Made by a program: the position numbers and the translations under genes. Positions 14,725-24,114 of a stretch of DNA of 33,230 nucleotides are shown piece after piece (the stretch's first letter is position 1; every line of letters starts with the position of its first letter). The stretch comes from a virus. Where the stretch lies: IMG/VR virus record IMGVR_UViG_3300032271_000509, positions 1 through 33,230 of that record; one strand, given 5' to 3'. Below the pieces are notes generated by a model that saw only the letters and a program-made list of their open reading frames with translations, was not told the origin of the DNA and ran no database searches.

Positions 14725-16157
14725 GCGAGTAGACCGTATGCTTTGAGTGCAGTAACAATTTGACCTATGGTGTACCCACCATATTTATCGTCAGTATGAA
14801 ATATTCCAACCGTTGTTCCGGGCGTTAATCCCGCAGACGTAATAGATGTGGTTTGTTGTTTTACTAGATCGCTGCCATCACCGACAGCAAAAAACCGAAT
14901 TACAGTATCTGAACCGGCGGGAGAATTATCTCCACCTTGGAAACAATACGTTGTTCCTGTTTGCGGTTGAACTCCAAAAAGCCCATTGCGGGCCACTCCA
15001 GCACCGGGGAGAAATATGAAGTCTCCACCAGTGCCACCCGAATTATAAGCAAGGCCACCTTGAATAATGACAGAACCCGCAAAACCACCAATACCAGAGG
15101 CTCCACCTGCTTGAAAAGAAAAATTTCCGCCGTTTGTTACGCCATCTCCCGCAGAAAAATTAACCTCTCCCCCTAGTCCATTACCAAGAACATTTGAACC
15201 ACTTGCAAAAAATAATCCGCCTCCACTTGCTGTTCCACTACCTGCTCCGGCAATTATAGAAATTCCACCGCCATTTGTATTTGCTTTTGTAGCATTTCCG
15301 CCAAGAATAGATAGTGTTCCCGGCGTTTCTAAAACAGTCGGCACTTTAGCCTGAATTCTCATAAACAATTCGGAGCCAATAATGCTTCCAAAACTTACGG
15401 TGTTGGTTCCGCTGGTGTAGAAGAAATTGGCGTTTGCCCCAAACGCCCCAGCGTTGTTGTACTGAATCTGGGTGGTTGCGCCAGCAGCTTGAGGTGTTGG
15501 GATTCCTATAAAAAAAGCCTCAGCATCTGAGCCATCTTCTCCTGCTGGGCCTATTTGCCCACGCGCCCCCGTAGCACCAGCCTGACCCGCTGATCCTGCC
15601 AATCCAGGTGGGCCAGCATCACCGTCAGCACCGTCCTCACCCATCATCCCCATAGGCCCAACTGCGCCTGTAGCACCCGATGTGCCAGGCTGCCCTTGTG
15701 GGCCGGGAAACCCTTGCTGCCCATCTTCGCCATCGTTGCCGTCAAAGCCGGGCGGGCCAATGGGGCCGGCAGGCCCAGCTGAACCGCCTCCTACTGGCGT
15801 GGCCCATGTGCCGTCAGCGCGCAAAAAGTTGGCTGTGCCGCCGCCAGATGCCGGCACGCCGCCGTAACTACTCGGAGAAAACGTGTTTAACGACAGCGCA
15901 ATCGTGCCCGCACCGTTAGTTACCGTTATTCCTGAGGCGCTAAGCGTGTTCAGCGAATAACCAGTACCGTTTCCGATGAGCAGCTGCCCGCTGATAGGCG
16001 TCGACGACAGACCAGTGCCGCCGTTTGCAACCGTTGATGGCGATTGCGTGCTAATCGTCAGGACTTGCGGGTTTTGCAGCCACAAAAGCCACGGGCGCGA
16101 AATATCCCCGTCGGGCGTCAAAAACTTGCTGTGGAACGGAAACAGGATGTCGCTCAT
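14721..16157 (-). CDS. Tail fiber with collagen-like triple-helix segment and a low-G+C C-terminal (receptor-binding) half
   Basis: [19 protein letters not shown] and [11 protein letters not shown] are fiber motifs. There are 27 uninterrupted Gly-X-Y triplets. The C-terminal Gly/Asn/Ser-rich part sits in visibly AT-richer DNA. Confidence 0.8.
   Translation of the reverse strand: MSDILFPFHSKFLTPDGDISRPWLLWLQNPQVLTISTQSPSTVANGGTGLSSTPISGQLLIGNGTGYSLNTLSASGITVTNGAGTIALSLNTFSPSSYGGVPASGGGTANFLRADGTWATPVGGGSAGPAGPIGPPGFDGNDGEDGQQGFPGPQGQPGTSGATGAVGPMGMMGEDGADGDAGPPGLAGSAGQAGATGARGQIGPAGEDGSDAEAFFIGIPTPQAAGATTQIQYNNAGAFGANANFFYTSGTNTVSFGSIIGSELFMRIQAKVPTVLETPGTLSILGGNATKANTNGGGISIIAGAGSGTASGGGLFFASGSNVLGNGLGGEVNFSAGDGVTNGGNFSFQAGGASGIGGFAGSVIIQGGLAYNSGGTGGDFIFLPGAGVARNGLFGVQPQTGTTYCFQGGDNSPAGSDTVIRFFAVGDGSDLVKQQTTSITSAGLTPGTTVGIFHTDDKYGGYTIGQIVTALKAYGLLA
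15534..15776 (-). repeat. Collagen-like (Gly-X-Y)x27 coding repeat inside the tail fiber gene
   Basis: [81 protein letters not shown]. Confidence 0.9.
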
Positions 16158-17596
16158 GATTTGGCCAGCGACACATTAAGCTCAGCAGAAATCATCACTG
16201 CCTTAACCGGGTCGGTGATTGATACCTCAAACACTCGGTCTCGAGCAAAACCCATTTTTCGCTTGATTGCTCGGTTTTTATATTCGCCTTGAGCGCCAAT
16301 CGAAATCATGTAACTGCTTGACCATGTTGAGCCGCCATCATCAGACCAACGCAGCATCATCTGAGGCGTCTGTCCTTGGCCCGTGGAAAGCCCAACGCCA
16401 GGCTGAAACTGGATTTGCAAAAAGTCGTAGAAGATGCGTTTCAAGTCTTGCGTGACGTGCGGCGTGCGGCGCAACCTAAGGATTGGCTGGCCGTTGTCGG
16501 TGTAGGTGTTCAAATCCAACGAGTAAATGATCCCGTTGGCGTAATCGCCGACCAGGTTGAGCCCTTGAAATACTGCCGCGCAGTTGGCTCGATGCCGGTG
16601 CAGCACGTTGGAGTTGTCACGCCATGCGCGTTGGTGCCACATTTCCGTGGCCAGGTCATACACCCACGTTTTGTCTTGCGTGGGCAGCGTCAGCACCAAA
16701 AATTCGTGGCCTTCTTGCTGGTATGTAAAGGCTATCGCGTCGCTGATGACGCCGCTGCCGATGTCGACTTCAATGGCATGCGTGCTGATTCGTTTGGGCC
16801 TGTAACCATCAAGTTGAATCATGATGGCTTGGCCGCGGACGTCTTGCGACAGCCAAGCAATGGACTCACCCAGTCGGCAAATCGTGTTTTTGGCCACGCA
16901 CCCGTGCTGCAAACTGGTCCCTGGAATGCGGCTAAACGGGAAAGGAAACGCGCCGACGTTGACCCAGACCTCGGTTGTACGCTCACCGATTACAAAAACT
17001 TCTCTGTGATCGGCGATCAACGTAACGATGTTGTCGGAGCTTGAATCCTTGCTGCTAAAACTAAGCGCCGGCGTGACGGTCGACAGCGCCGACGTTGCGG
17101 CCCACTGGTTCGAGCCGGGTGAGTTGTAGACGATAAAATCGTCGATGTAGTCGCATTTGTCGGCGCCTGTAAAAGCACCGTCTGATGCTGCAATGGTGGC
17201 AAACGCGCCTGTAGATAACGTGTATGTGTAGCGATTGGCGCCGTCGACCAAATAGGCTGCGATGCGGTTGTCGCAAATTGAGACCTGGCCTGCGCTTGTG
17301 TTTAGCAAGCCAATGGTCGACGTTGTGAAACTGGAGCTCACGAGGTACAGCGTCTGCCCCACCACCACCAGCATGGATGCGCCACCAGGCAGCACATACA
17401 TGGCCCGCACTTCGGCGGCTGGCAGACTGGTGATCTTGGCAATCAGCCCCGGCGCTGGATACAGCGCCACGACGCCGCGAGCGCCTTCTGGTTTGACAGG
17501 GTCGATTTCTGGATACCAATTGATGCACTGTTGGGCATCTTGATAGATCGACGGCGCTTGATAGGCAGCCCCGATAAATCCATCGAAAATCGCCAT
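16154..17596 (-). CDS. P22 gp10-like tail hub / packaged-DNA stabilisation protein
   Basis: About 480 aa, placed after the gp4-like gene. The C-terminal pattern [11 protein letters not shown].......G..GEY..R......G.AR.RVFE..ITDPV...I parallels the P22 gp10 C-terminus. Confidence 0.65.
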   Translation of the reverse strand: MAIFDGFIGAAYQAPSIYQDAQQCINWYPEIDPVKPEGARGVVALYPAPGLIAKITSLPAAEVRAMYVLPGGASMLVVVGQTLYLVSSSFTTSTIGLLNTSAGQVSICDNRIAAYLVDGANRYTYTLSTGAFATIAASDGAFTGADKCDYIDDFIVYNSPGSNQWAATSALSTVTPALSFSSKDSSSDNIVTLIADHREVFVIGERTTEVWVNVGAFPFPFSRIPGTSLQHGCVAKNTICRLGESIAWLSQDVRGQAIMIQLDGYRPKRISTHAIEVDIGSGVISDAIAFTYQQEGHEFLVLTLPTQDKTWVYDLATEMWHQRAWRDNSNVLHRHRANCAAVFQGLNLVGDYANGIIYSLDLNTYTDNGQPILRLRRTPHVTQDLKRIFYDFLQIQFQPGVGLSTGQGQTPQMMLRWSDDGGSTWSSSYMISIGAQGEYKNRAIKRKMGFARDRVFEVSITDPVKAVMISAELNVSLAKS

Positions 17597-18318
17597 CAGT
17601 AAAACCCACCCGACATGATCCAGCCCGCATCTTTCAGCCGGTTGGTGCCGCCCATGCTGGTGTCAAACTGAACCGTCTGCAGCGGCTGCATGTTGGTGCT
17701 CTTGAGCGTGCCCAGCGATTTGGCTGCGTTTTTGGTCACCATGGCATTGATGGCCGGATCTGTGATTCCATAGCCGGGCATCAAAAGCTCTGCCAGGTTC
17801 CATACCAATGCCATTTCGTAGCCCTGAGGCAGCAAAATGTTGGTGTTGATGGCTGCAAATTGAGTGAACAACAAATCGCAGAACAGGTGAATTTCACCTG
17901 TTGACGGCAGCGGCCAAAACTTGATAAGCCCGTTTGGTGTACCCGAGTTGTAGTAGAGCGCCCGCGGCCATGCTCCAGGCAGTTGCTTAAGCCCAATCAG
18001 CTCGTATTGCTCGATGTTCATCACCCGAACCGGGTAATCAAGGCCAGAAACTCGAACAAACGCGCTGTTGATGGTTAGCGGTCGTTGAGTCGAAACAATT
18101 GCACCAGTCGGCCCAATCGTCCAATCTGTTTGCCCACCAATTGACGCCACGATCTCATTGGTGCTGACTATCGTGAACGCGTCGTTGCTCCAGCTGTCGA
18201 GCAGCATGTTGAGCATGTTGAACGCGTCGTTGGCCAGCGTTGCATCGAGCGTCTCACCCGGTGCAAGCGCCCCAATGCTTGACAGCGCCCGGTTGATGAT
18301 GTCGATGGGTTGCGTCAT
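17596..18318 (-). CDS. P22 gp4-like head-to-tail adaptor / tail accessory factor
   Basis: The N-terminus IINRALSSIGALAPGETLDATLANDAFNMLNMLLDSWSN parallels the P22 gp4 N-terminus (LVRAALRKLGV...L......DAVDDLEAMMAEW). Confidence 0.6.
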   Translation of the reverse strand: MTQPIDIINRALSSIGALAPGETLDATLANDAFNMLNMLLDSWSNDAFTIVSTNEIVASIGGQTDWTIGPTGAIVSTQRPLTINSAFVRVSGLDYPVRVMNIEQYELIGLKQLPGAWPRALYYNSGTPNGLIKFWPLPSTGEIHLFCDLLFTQFAAINTNILLPQGYEMALVWNLAELLMPGYGITDPAINAMVTKNAAKSLGTLKSTNMQPLQTVQFDTSMGGTNRLKDAGWIMSGGFY

Positions 18319-18321
18319 GAC

Positions 18322-18684
18322 TTAGGACTGCGCAGCCACTGGCGTGATGTACACCAGCGATGGGCCGGCTGCCGAACCGATGGCCGTCACGCTAAATCCA
18401 GTTCCAGGCGACGAGCTTGGAACCGCATAGATGACAGGCAGGATCATGTTTGCGGGCAGCATGATCACGGTTTGAGCAGTGGCTGGCACGGGCAACACAG
18501 ACGCTGGAGCCGTTGCTACCGACGACACAGTAACGGCCACCACGGTTGCGCCGGTGTTCAAAAACGACGCGAACGTGATGGCTTCGTTGGACGCGCCACT
18601 AACGGTTACTGCAGTCGTTGTGGACGCGGTAACCGAAAGCGCAACCGTGGGGCCGATGTTGCGAATGACATAGCTGATAGCCAT
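18322..18684 (-). CDS. Hypothetical Thr/Ala/Val-rich virion protein (120 aa)
   Basis: Track ORF in the head-tail region with beta-rich composition. Confidence 0.55.
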   Translation of the reverse strand: MAISYVIRNIGPTVALSVTASTTTAVTVSGASNEAITFASFLNTGATVVAVTVSSVATAPASVLPVPATAQTVIMLPANMILPVIYAVPSSSPGTGFSVTAIGSAAGPSLVYITPVAAQS

Positions 18685-18685
18685 A

Positions 18686-19012
18686 TCAGGCCGCCGTCGA
18701 AGGCAATGGCCAATCCAACGGACGGCAAATGCACAGGTAGTAAAGGCCCGCTACCGGCGTCAAAGCACCAGCCGTCGAATTGCTGAAGCCCAATTGCATC
18801 GTGTTATTTGCAGACACTCGGCAATTTGCAATGCCGATTCCAGCGGTTTGGGCGCTCAGCGCGTAGCAATTGATGTTGTCGTTCAACTGCAGACCTGGAA
18901 TGGTGAACGACTGCTCGGCAGTCGTATTTGCCGCCACAGATGCGGGCGTCAAGCTTGGCGTAATCAACCACGCGTAAAGAATGTTGCCGCCGCTTGAAAT
19001 TGTTCCTGGCAT
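18686..19012 (-). CDS. Hypothetical virion protein (108 aa)
   Basis: Track ORF with an AAGGAG Shine-Dalgarno 7 nt upstream of the ATG. Confidence 0.6.
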   Translation of the reverse strand: MPGTISSGGNILYAWLITPSLTPASVAANTTAEQSFTIPGLQLNDNINCYALSAQTAGIGIANCRVSANNTMQLGFSNSTAGALTPVAGLYYLCICRPLDWPLPSTAA

Positions 19013-19024
19013 GTGAATGCTCCT

Positions 19025-19052
19025 TAAATAAAAAGAGGGCCGAAGCCCTCTT
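19025..19052 (-). terminator. Intrinsic terminator after the decoration-candidate gene
   Basis: On the minus strand: AAGAGGGC-TTCG-GCCCTCTT followed by TTTTATTT. Confidence 0.7.
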
Positions 19053-19073
19053 GGTAATCAATCAAGCCAGCGA

Positions 19074-19517
19074 TTACGACAAGTCGTAGCCGTAGACAAA
19101 CAAATCAATCTGCGCATCAGACACAGTCGTGCCGACGTTGGCGTAGAGCACCGAGCCTGCGTTCAAGACGGCCGTGGCGGCGTTGGTGGCCGCTTGAATC
19201 TTGACGTAGGTGTTTGCTGCTTGAGACGTCAGCGCTGCCGTCGTCAAAATGGTGGTGCCGCCCTGTGCTGGCGCGGTGTAAACGCCCACAGTAGCTGTTG
19301 CCACGCTGGTCGTAGCACCCGTGCTGGTCTTCACCGAGTTGCTGGTGATGATGGACACAGGCACCCAGTTTTGGGTCGAGCCCAGCACTGAAAACGCGGT
19401 ATCGCCGGCGGCAGATACCAAAACACCCTTTGCCACGCCGATGAGACGCAATGCTTGCTGGGTTGTGAGAGATTGTGAGTTTGCGGTGACCGTAGTCGCT
19501 GCACCTGGATTTGCCAT
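19074..19517 (-). CDS. Head decoration / cement protein candidate (147 aa)
   Basis: Directly downstream of the coat gene and bracketed by two terminators. It has a strong SD (TAGGAGG) and beta-rich Thr/Ala/Val composition. Confidence 0.5.
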   Translation of the reverse strand: MANPGAATTVTANSQSLTTQQALRLIGVAKGVLVSAAGDTAFSVLGSTQNWVPVSIITSNSVKTSTGATTSVATATVGVYTAPAQGGTTILTTAALTSQAANTYVKIQAATNAATAVLNAGSVLYANVGTTVSDAQIDLFVYGYDLS

Positions 19518-19539
19518 GATGGCCTCCTAAAAATGGAAT

Positions 19540-19563
19540 TAAAAAAGCCCACTTCGGTGGGCT
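19540..19563 (-). terminator. Intrinsic terminator after the major capsid gene
   Basis: On the minus strand: AGCCCAC-CGAA-GTGGGCT followed by TTTTTTAATT. Confidence 0.7.
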
Positions 19564-19567
19564 GTTG

Positions 19568-20824
19568 TTAGGACGAGATGCGGCAGGCAAGCTCTGGGTA
19601 CAGCGGCGCGGTGCCGTAGAGCACGTCAGCTCGAGTCGGCAGAGCGTCGTTGTTGATGGTGTATTGACGTACCAGTCGAATTGACAGGCCAGCGCCCTTG
19701 TCGGATGCGCGTCCGGCAAAATGCACACCTTCTGGCAACACCAAATCTGCACAAGCCAGCGCAAACGCATTCTTGTGGAACAGCAGGTTTTGCGCGCCGG
19801 TGACTGCGGTTGCGGTCGTGCCGGAAATGCTGAACGGCGTAACAGTGGCGGTCGACGATGCGGCCGTGATGGTCACGTTTTGGAACTGGCCGGCAGTGAT
19901 GATGGCCGGTGAAACAGTCACGCTAAATGTGCCAGAAGCAGCACTCACCGAAGACGTCACCACAAAGTTGCGTAGCTTGCCGTAGGACTGACGGTTTTGC
20001 GGGTTGACGCCATAAACGCCGGCAATCGTGAACGTGTCGCCTTGATTGAGAGCGATCGTCTGGCTGTTGGTCAGCGTGATCGTCGAAGTGGAAGCCCAGC
20101 CCGTCGTCACAAAACCAGAGTTCGTCGAAGTGTTGGCGGTCAGGGTGCCGGCGGTGGTTGCCCAGCTTGAGAACGTCTGATTGGCGATGTTCTGATCCAT
20201 CTTCCAATCCATGCCTCCCGAATCGGTGCCCATCAAGCCGCGCTTGAATTGGCTTTCGATGGTTTTCATCGGCAAGAACAAGCCCTTCAATGAATCAACA
20301 ATCGCAGCGCTGGTGAACTGCTCAACCACGCAGGTGCGGTTGCCGTCGCGCGGTGCGCCCTCGGCGTCAAGGTAAGCGCCCGCGTTGAGATAAGTGAGCA
20401 AGCCCGTAGGTGCGGTGCCGGCCACGCCGACGATGTTGGCGGTGTTGTTCTTGGCCATGACGGCCACGTCGCGGTCGATCTTGTTGCTGATTGCCGCCAT
20501 CATTGGCTTGATCACGCGGTCGCTGAACAAATCCATCGACAGCGCCAGATCCTGCGTCGTGAATTGGGTATCAACGTGAAACTGCGTGTTCAACGAGATG
20601 GGCACGCTGGATTCCACGAAATCTTCAACTGCCAACGCGGGGCCGGTGGTGCCGATAAAACGTGCAGGCTTGCGCACGTTGACGACGCTGCCAATCTTGC
20701 CGCCAGCAACGGCAAACTGGTCGTCGTACTGGCGGTTAATTGAGGCTCCCAAAACAAGGGAGTTTTCGAGAACCATCAAGGCCTCGTTTGTGATCTGACT
20801 GATCGTGAGTAGATTGTTTGCCAT
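19568..20824 (-). CDS. Major capsid protein, P22 coat-protein family
   Basis: The N-terminus ITNEALMVLENSLVLGASINRQYDDQFAVAGGKIGSVVNVRKPARF matches the P22_CoatProtein signature as remembered. Size is 418 aa, after the scaffold gene. Confidence 0.85.
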   Translation of the reverse strand: MANNLLTISQITNEALMVLENSLVLGASINRQYDDQFAVAGGKIGSVVNVRKPARFIGTTGPALAVEDFVESSVPISLNTQFHVDTQFTTQDLALSMDLFSDRVIKPMMAAISNKIDRDVAVMAKNNTANIVGVAGTAPTGLLTYLNAGAYLDAEGAPRDGNRTCVVEQFTSAAIVDSLKGLFLPMKTIESQFKRGLMGTDSGGMDWKMDQNIANQTFSSWATTAGTLTANTSTNSGFVTTGWASTSTITLTNSQTIALNQGDTFTIAGVYGVNPQNRQSYGKLRNFVVTSSVSAASGTFSVTVSPAIITAGQFQNVTITAASSTATVTPFSISGTTATAVTGAQNLLFHKNAFALACADLVLPEGVHFAGRASDKGAGLSIRLVRQYTINNDALPTRADVLYGTAPLYPELACRISS

Positions 20825-20851
20825 TTGGCCAACTCCTAAAAAGTGAATGAA

Positions 20852-21751
20852 TTACTTGATGCGCCCGGCTGCCCTGGCTTGTTTCCACTGCTCGTAGGTG
20901 CCGTGAAACTCGCCGTCGCTGCCCAATGGGCTGTCGACAGGTTTTTGACCGCGAATGGGCGTAATGGGCGCGGGTGCGCGGCTTGGTTTGGCCACAGGTT
21001 TGTCAGGCTCTGGCTTGTCGCCAGACGACAGCTTGGCTTCGAGCTTTCCAATTTCTCTCAAGGCGCTCGAAGTGGATTTCGAGGCAAGCGTGGCGGCGAA
21101 GTCGGGGTTTTTTGCTAGGTGATAGAGGATTTGCGGCCCCACATCACTTTCAATGATTGCGTCTCGCACTTGGTCGGATACCGACACAGTGCTGGACTCG
21201 ATCACTTCAGCGTAGTCGTCCAGTTCTTTGCGCGCTAACTGCTGGCGGGATTCCCAATCGCTCAGGATTTTTTGCCGTTCAGCAATCTGCTTTTTTTCGA
21301 CCTCCGCTTTGTCGCGGTTTTTGAGGGCGTTCTCCGCACTCCACTCGGCCAGTGCTTCCGCATACTCAAATGCGTCGGTGAACTGCGCCGGCGTGGGCTT
21401 GGCGTCAGGGTCAGCTTGCTTTTCAGCAGGCTTTACCTGCCCCTCTAGAGCCTTAAGGCGCGCTTCTAGGGCTGCGGCTGCGTCACGAGCTTGCTGCGCT
21501 TCTCGGCGTGCGTCCTCGCGCTGCTTGGTCAGCTCAGAAAAACGCTTCTCGACCTTGGGGTTTGCCTTTTTGGGCTCGTCTTTGGTCTCGGCGTCCTGGT
21601 CTTCCTGTGGCGTTTCGGCGTCATCAACCGCGTCGTCGCTGCTTTCAGGCTCAACCACCGGCTCCGCTGGTGCGGCCTCAGTGGGAGCGTCCAAGCCCAA
21701 ACGTGTTGCGTTGAATTCGGCCAAGTTTTCTGATGTCACTACTGTCGTCAT
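20852..21751 (-). CDS. Scaffolding protein
   Basis: Highly charged, Ala/Glu/Lys-rich coiled-coil-type 299-aa protein between the portal and coat genes. Confidence 0.7.
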   Translation of the reverse strand: MTTVVTSENLAEFNATRLGLDAPTEAAPAEPVVEPESSDDAVDDAETPQEDQDAETKDEPKKANPKVEKRFSELTKQREDARREAQQARDAAAALEARLKALEGQVKPAEKQADPDAKPTPAQFTDAFEYAEALAEWSAENALKNRDKAEVEKKQIAERQKILSDWESRQQLARKELDDYAEVIESSTVSVSDQVRDAIIESDVGPQILYHLAKNPDFAATLASKSTSSALREIGKLEAKLSSGDKPEPDKPVAKPSRAPAPITPIRGQKPVDSPLGSDGEFHGTYEQWKQARAAGRIK

Positions 21752-21796
21752 GCTTTTCCTTGAAAGCGCATGCAGGGTGGCTGCAAGTCCAGGCGT

Positions 21797-21819
21797 AAAA
21801 AAAGCACCTCAAAGGTGCT
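21797..21819 (-). terminator. Intrinsic terminator after the portal gene
   Basis: On the minus strand: AGCACC-TTTGA-GGTGCT followed by TTTTTTT. Confidence 0.65.
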
Positions 21820-21871
21820 TTGCGCGGTTGCTGCGTTGCCAAGCGCAGCGGCGGGGGTTACTCGTGCGCTG

Positions 21872-23986
21872 TCAAATTGCGCGCTCTACGGCTTCGCTGG
21901 CGGCTTGCTCGCCGGCTTCTTCCATGCGAGACAAAAGCAGCGCCAAGTGAGCCTTGATTTCTTCGACGCCCATGGCGCGATGCAAGTCCATGGATTTGCC
22001 TTCAAGGTCGGCTTTTGCTTTGAGCGCGGTCTTTTGCAAGTCAGTGCTTGACCACGTTTCGGTGTCGTGAGCTTTGCCGGTGACGCGCATCAGTTCGCGT
22101 TTGGTTTCGGCGTCTTGCTTCATTTGTTCAATGTCGCTGCGATGTTTGATCACCATGCCTGCTTGTTGCAACTGCTGCTCGCATTGCTGCAGCTGAGACT
22201 GCAACTGCTGGATCATCATTTGAGCTTGAGGCGGCACGTCTGATTTGTCGTCGATTTTGGTTAACGGGTTGACTGCAGCCAGTCGGTCAGCAATGATGTC
22301 TGCGCCTGGGAAGTCCATATTCCGAAAAATCAAGTCGCCAGCGATTTTCATCAGGTCAGGATTCCCGGCCACCATTTGAGTCATGGCATCAGCTGCGTCT
22401 GCGCGCTTGCTGTTGAAGCTCGGACCGACTTCCATGACCACGTCGTAGGTGCCGACGGTGACGTCGTTGAGCACCGCGGCAATCGCCGGCGCGTTCGGGT
22501 CTGGCTGGCCTTGCGTGGGGTTTTGGCCAGCTTGCGGGTTCGGCTGGTTGATGTTCACCAGCTCTGGCTTGCCGTCGTCGCCAATGATCCGCATGATTCG
22601 GTGGCTGTCGTAAATCCGCGGGATCAAGTCGAGCATGATCCGCCCGGTGTGTTTGATTGAACGCACCAGGTTGTCGTAATAGTGAAAATTCGACAGCTCG
22701 CTTTGGCCCTGTTCGGCGCGAATTGCGGTGCCTGATTTTGGCCCGCTGGGTTTGCCCATACTGGGGTCAAACTGGCCAAGCACGGCTTGCAAGTCCTGGC
22801 CAATCACCATGGCGGCTTCCATGGCCCCAGCTGGTGGCGGCTCAGGCTGCAGCCGCTCGGGGCGCCCAGCTTCTCGGCCCTCGACGTCGGTCATCTTGTA
22901 GCGCAGCACCGGAAACGCCGAAATGTTGGCGCGTGCCCATTCGTTTTCGTGGCCTTCGTCTTGGCCTTCAGCCATGAGCCATTTGGCCTTTGGAGCCATG
23001 GCCACGCTTTCGGTCATTGCCGTGCGCCAGAAGTTGTAGGCCATCTGTGGATCGCGCGCGTAACGCACCATGCCAAAGCGGCTTTTCTTGCCGTCGACCA
23101 CCAGGCTGTCGCCGTAGGTTGGAACGATCGGAATGTATCGACCGGCCCATTCCCTTTCTTCGAGCACTTCGTGGGCCGTCAATTTGCGCCACATGACTTT
23201 GCGTCGATAGCTGGGGCGCTCTCCCACGACATAAACGCCGGCTTGCTCCATCAGCTGAGCATCGGGCAGCTGCGATGCAAACACGACCGACTGATCCGAC
23301 AACATCACCAGCTTGTCTTTTTCTTGCTCAACGCAAAAGTACTCAGCAATGCGAATGTCATGACGCGTCACCCAATCGACCATGCCGTCGCCCAGGCTCT
23401 CACCGTGGAACCCGTCGACCATGGCGCCTGGATAGAGTTTTTTGAAGCTCTCGCGGGTGATGAGGTCGGTGATCAGTGCGCGTTCTGCGTCGCTTCCATC
23501 CGGCATTGAAGAATGCGGATCAAAGTAAACAGTGAACGGGTTTTCGATTTGCCGCACAAAGATGTCTTGATCGAAGCTGTCCTCGCGCACATAGTCGGTT
23601 TCGACGCGCCAGTATCCCCAGCCGATGCGACATGCAAAGTTGAACGCCGTGTCGTAGGCTTGATCGGCGTCTGAATTCAGCTCAATGTGCCGGGTCAAAC
23701 CGGTGATGACCTCAGCAATCTTTGGATCTGCTGCGCCGTCCAACGGATGCACCTTGATACGCGGGCGTTGCTGGCGCTGAGCATTTGTGACCTGGCGGAT
23801 GTGTGCGTCGATTTTGTTGACCGTCAAGCACGGGCGCGATTCCACCATGCGCGTGTTTTTGGTGTCGGCCGGCCATTGATCACCGGCGCTAAAGCGCAAA
23901 TCGTCCAATCCTTGCGCGCGATTGGTTGATTCAATGTCACCAACCATGCGCAAAAAGTGCATGGCTTCACGAGGCTCAAACGACAT
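21872..23986 (-). CDS. Portal protein (P22-like portal family)
   Basis: 704 aa, after the terminase. The N-terminus is LRFSAGDQWPADTKNTRMVESRPCLTVNKI, typical of P22-type portals. The C-terminus is a long helical barrel-like tail. Confidence 0.85.
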   Translation of the reverse strand: MSFEPREAMHFLRMVGDIESTNRAQGLDDLRFSAGDQWPADTKNTRMVESRPCLTVNKIDAHIRQVTNAQRQQRPRIKVHPLDGAADPKIAEVITGLTRHIELNSDADQAYDTAFNFACRIGWGYWRVETDYVREDSFDQDIFVRQIENPFTVYFDPHSSMPDGSDAERALITDLITRESFKKLYPGAMVDGFHGESLGDGMVDWVTRHDIRIAEYFCVEQEKDKLVMLSDQSVVFASQLPDAQLMEQAGVYVVGERPSYRRKVMWRKLTAHEVLEEREWAGRYIPIVPTYGDSLVVDGKKSRFGMVRYARDPQMAYNFWRTAMTESVAMAPKAKWLMAEGQDEGHENEWARANISAFPVLRYKMTDVEGREAGRPERLQPEPPPAGAMEAAMVIGQDLQAVLGQFDPSMGKPSGPKSGTAIRAEQGQSELSNFHYYDNLVRSIKHTGRIMLDLIPRIYDSHRIMRIIGDDGKPELVNINQPNPQAGQNPTQGQPDPNAPAIAAVLNDVTVGTYDVVMEVGPSFNSKRADAADAMTQMVAGNPDLMKIAGDLIFRNMDFPGADIIADRLAAVNPLTKIDDKSDVPPQAQMMIQQLQSQLQQCEQQLQQAGMVIKHRSDIEQMKQDAETKRELMRVTGKAHDTETWSSTDLQKTALKAKADLEGKSMDLHRAMGVEEIKAHLALLLSRMEEAGEQAASEAVERAI

Positions 23987-24105
23987 TACGCTGCGACCGG
24001 CTCGGGTTCTGCGGGTGCTGTTGGCACTGCCGCTGCCGCTTCTTCGGCCAAACGCTTTTCGTATGCGCCTGGATGTACTTGTTCAAACGCTGTGGGTTCG
24101 CTCAT
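23986..24105 (-). CDS. Small acidic protein (39 aa) between TerL and portal, below the ORF-track cutoff
   Basis: Strong SD (AAGGAG) 6 nt upstream of the ATG at 24105. Its stop overlaps the portal ATG (TAATG). Confidence 0.55.
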   Translation of the reverse strand: MSEPTAFEQVHPGAYEKRLAEEAAAAVPTAPAEPEPVAA

Positions 24106-24114
24106 GATTTCTCC

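Noticed and set aside
10252-19770. Same-strand alternative-frame ORFs 10252-10812, 17061-17630 and 19117-19770, examined as possible further overprinted genes like the methyltransferase frame B
   Set aside because: Unlike frame B, their translations are Arg/Cys/His-rich with no recognisable motifs or repeats. They straddle gene junctions, and their ends do not fit the stop-start coupling pattern.
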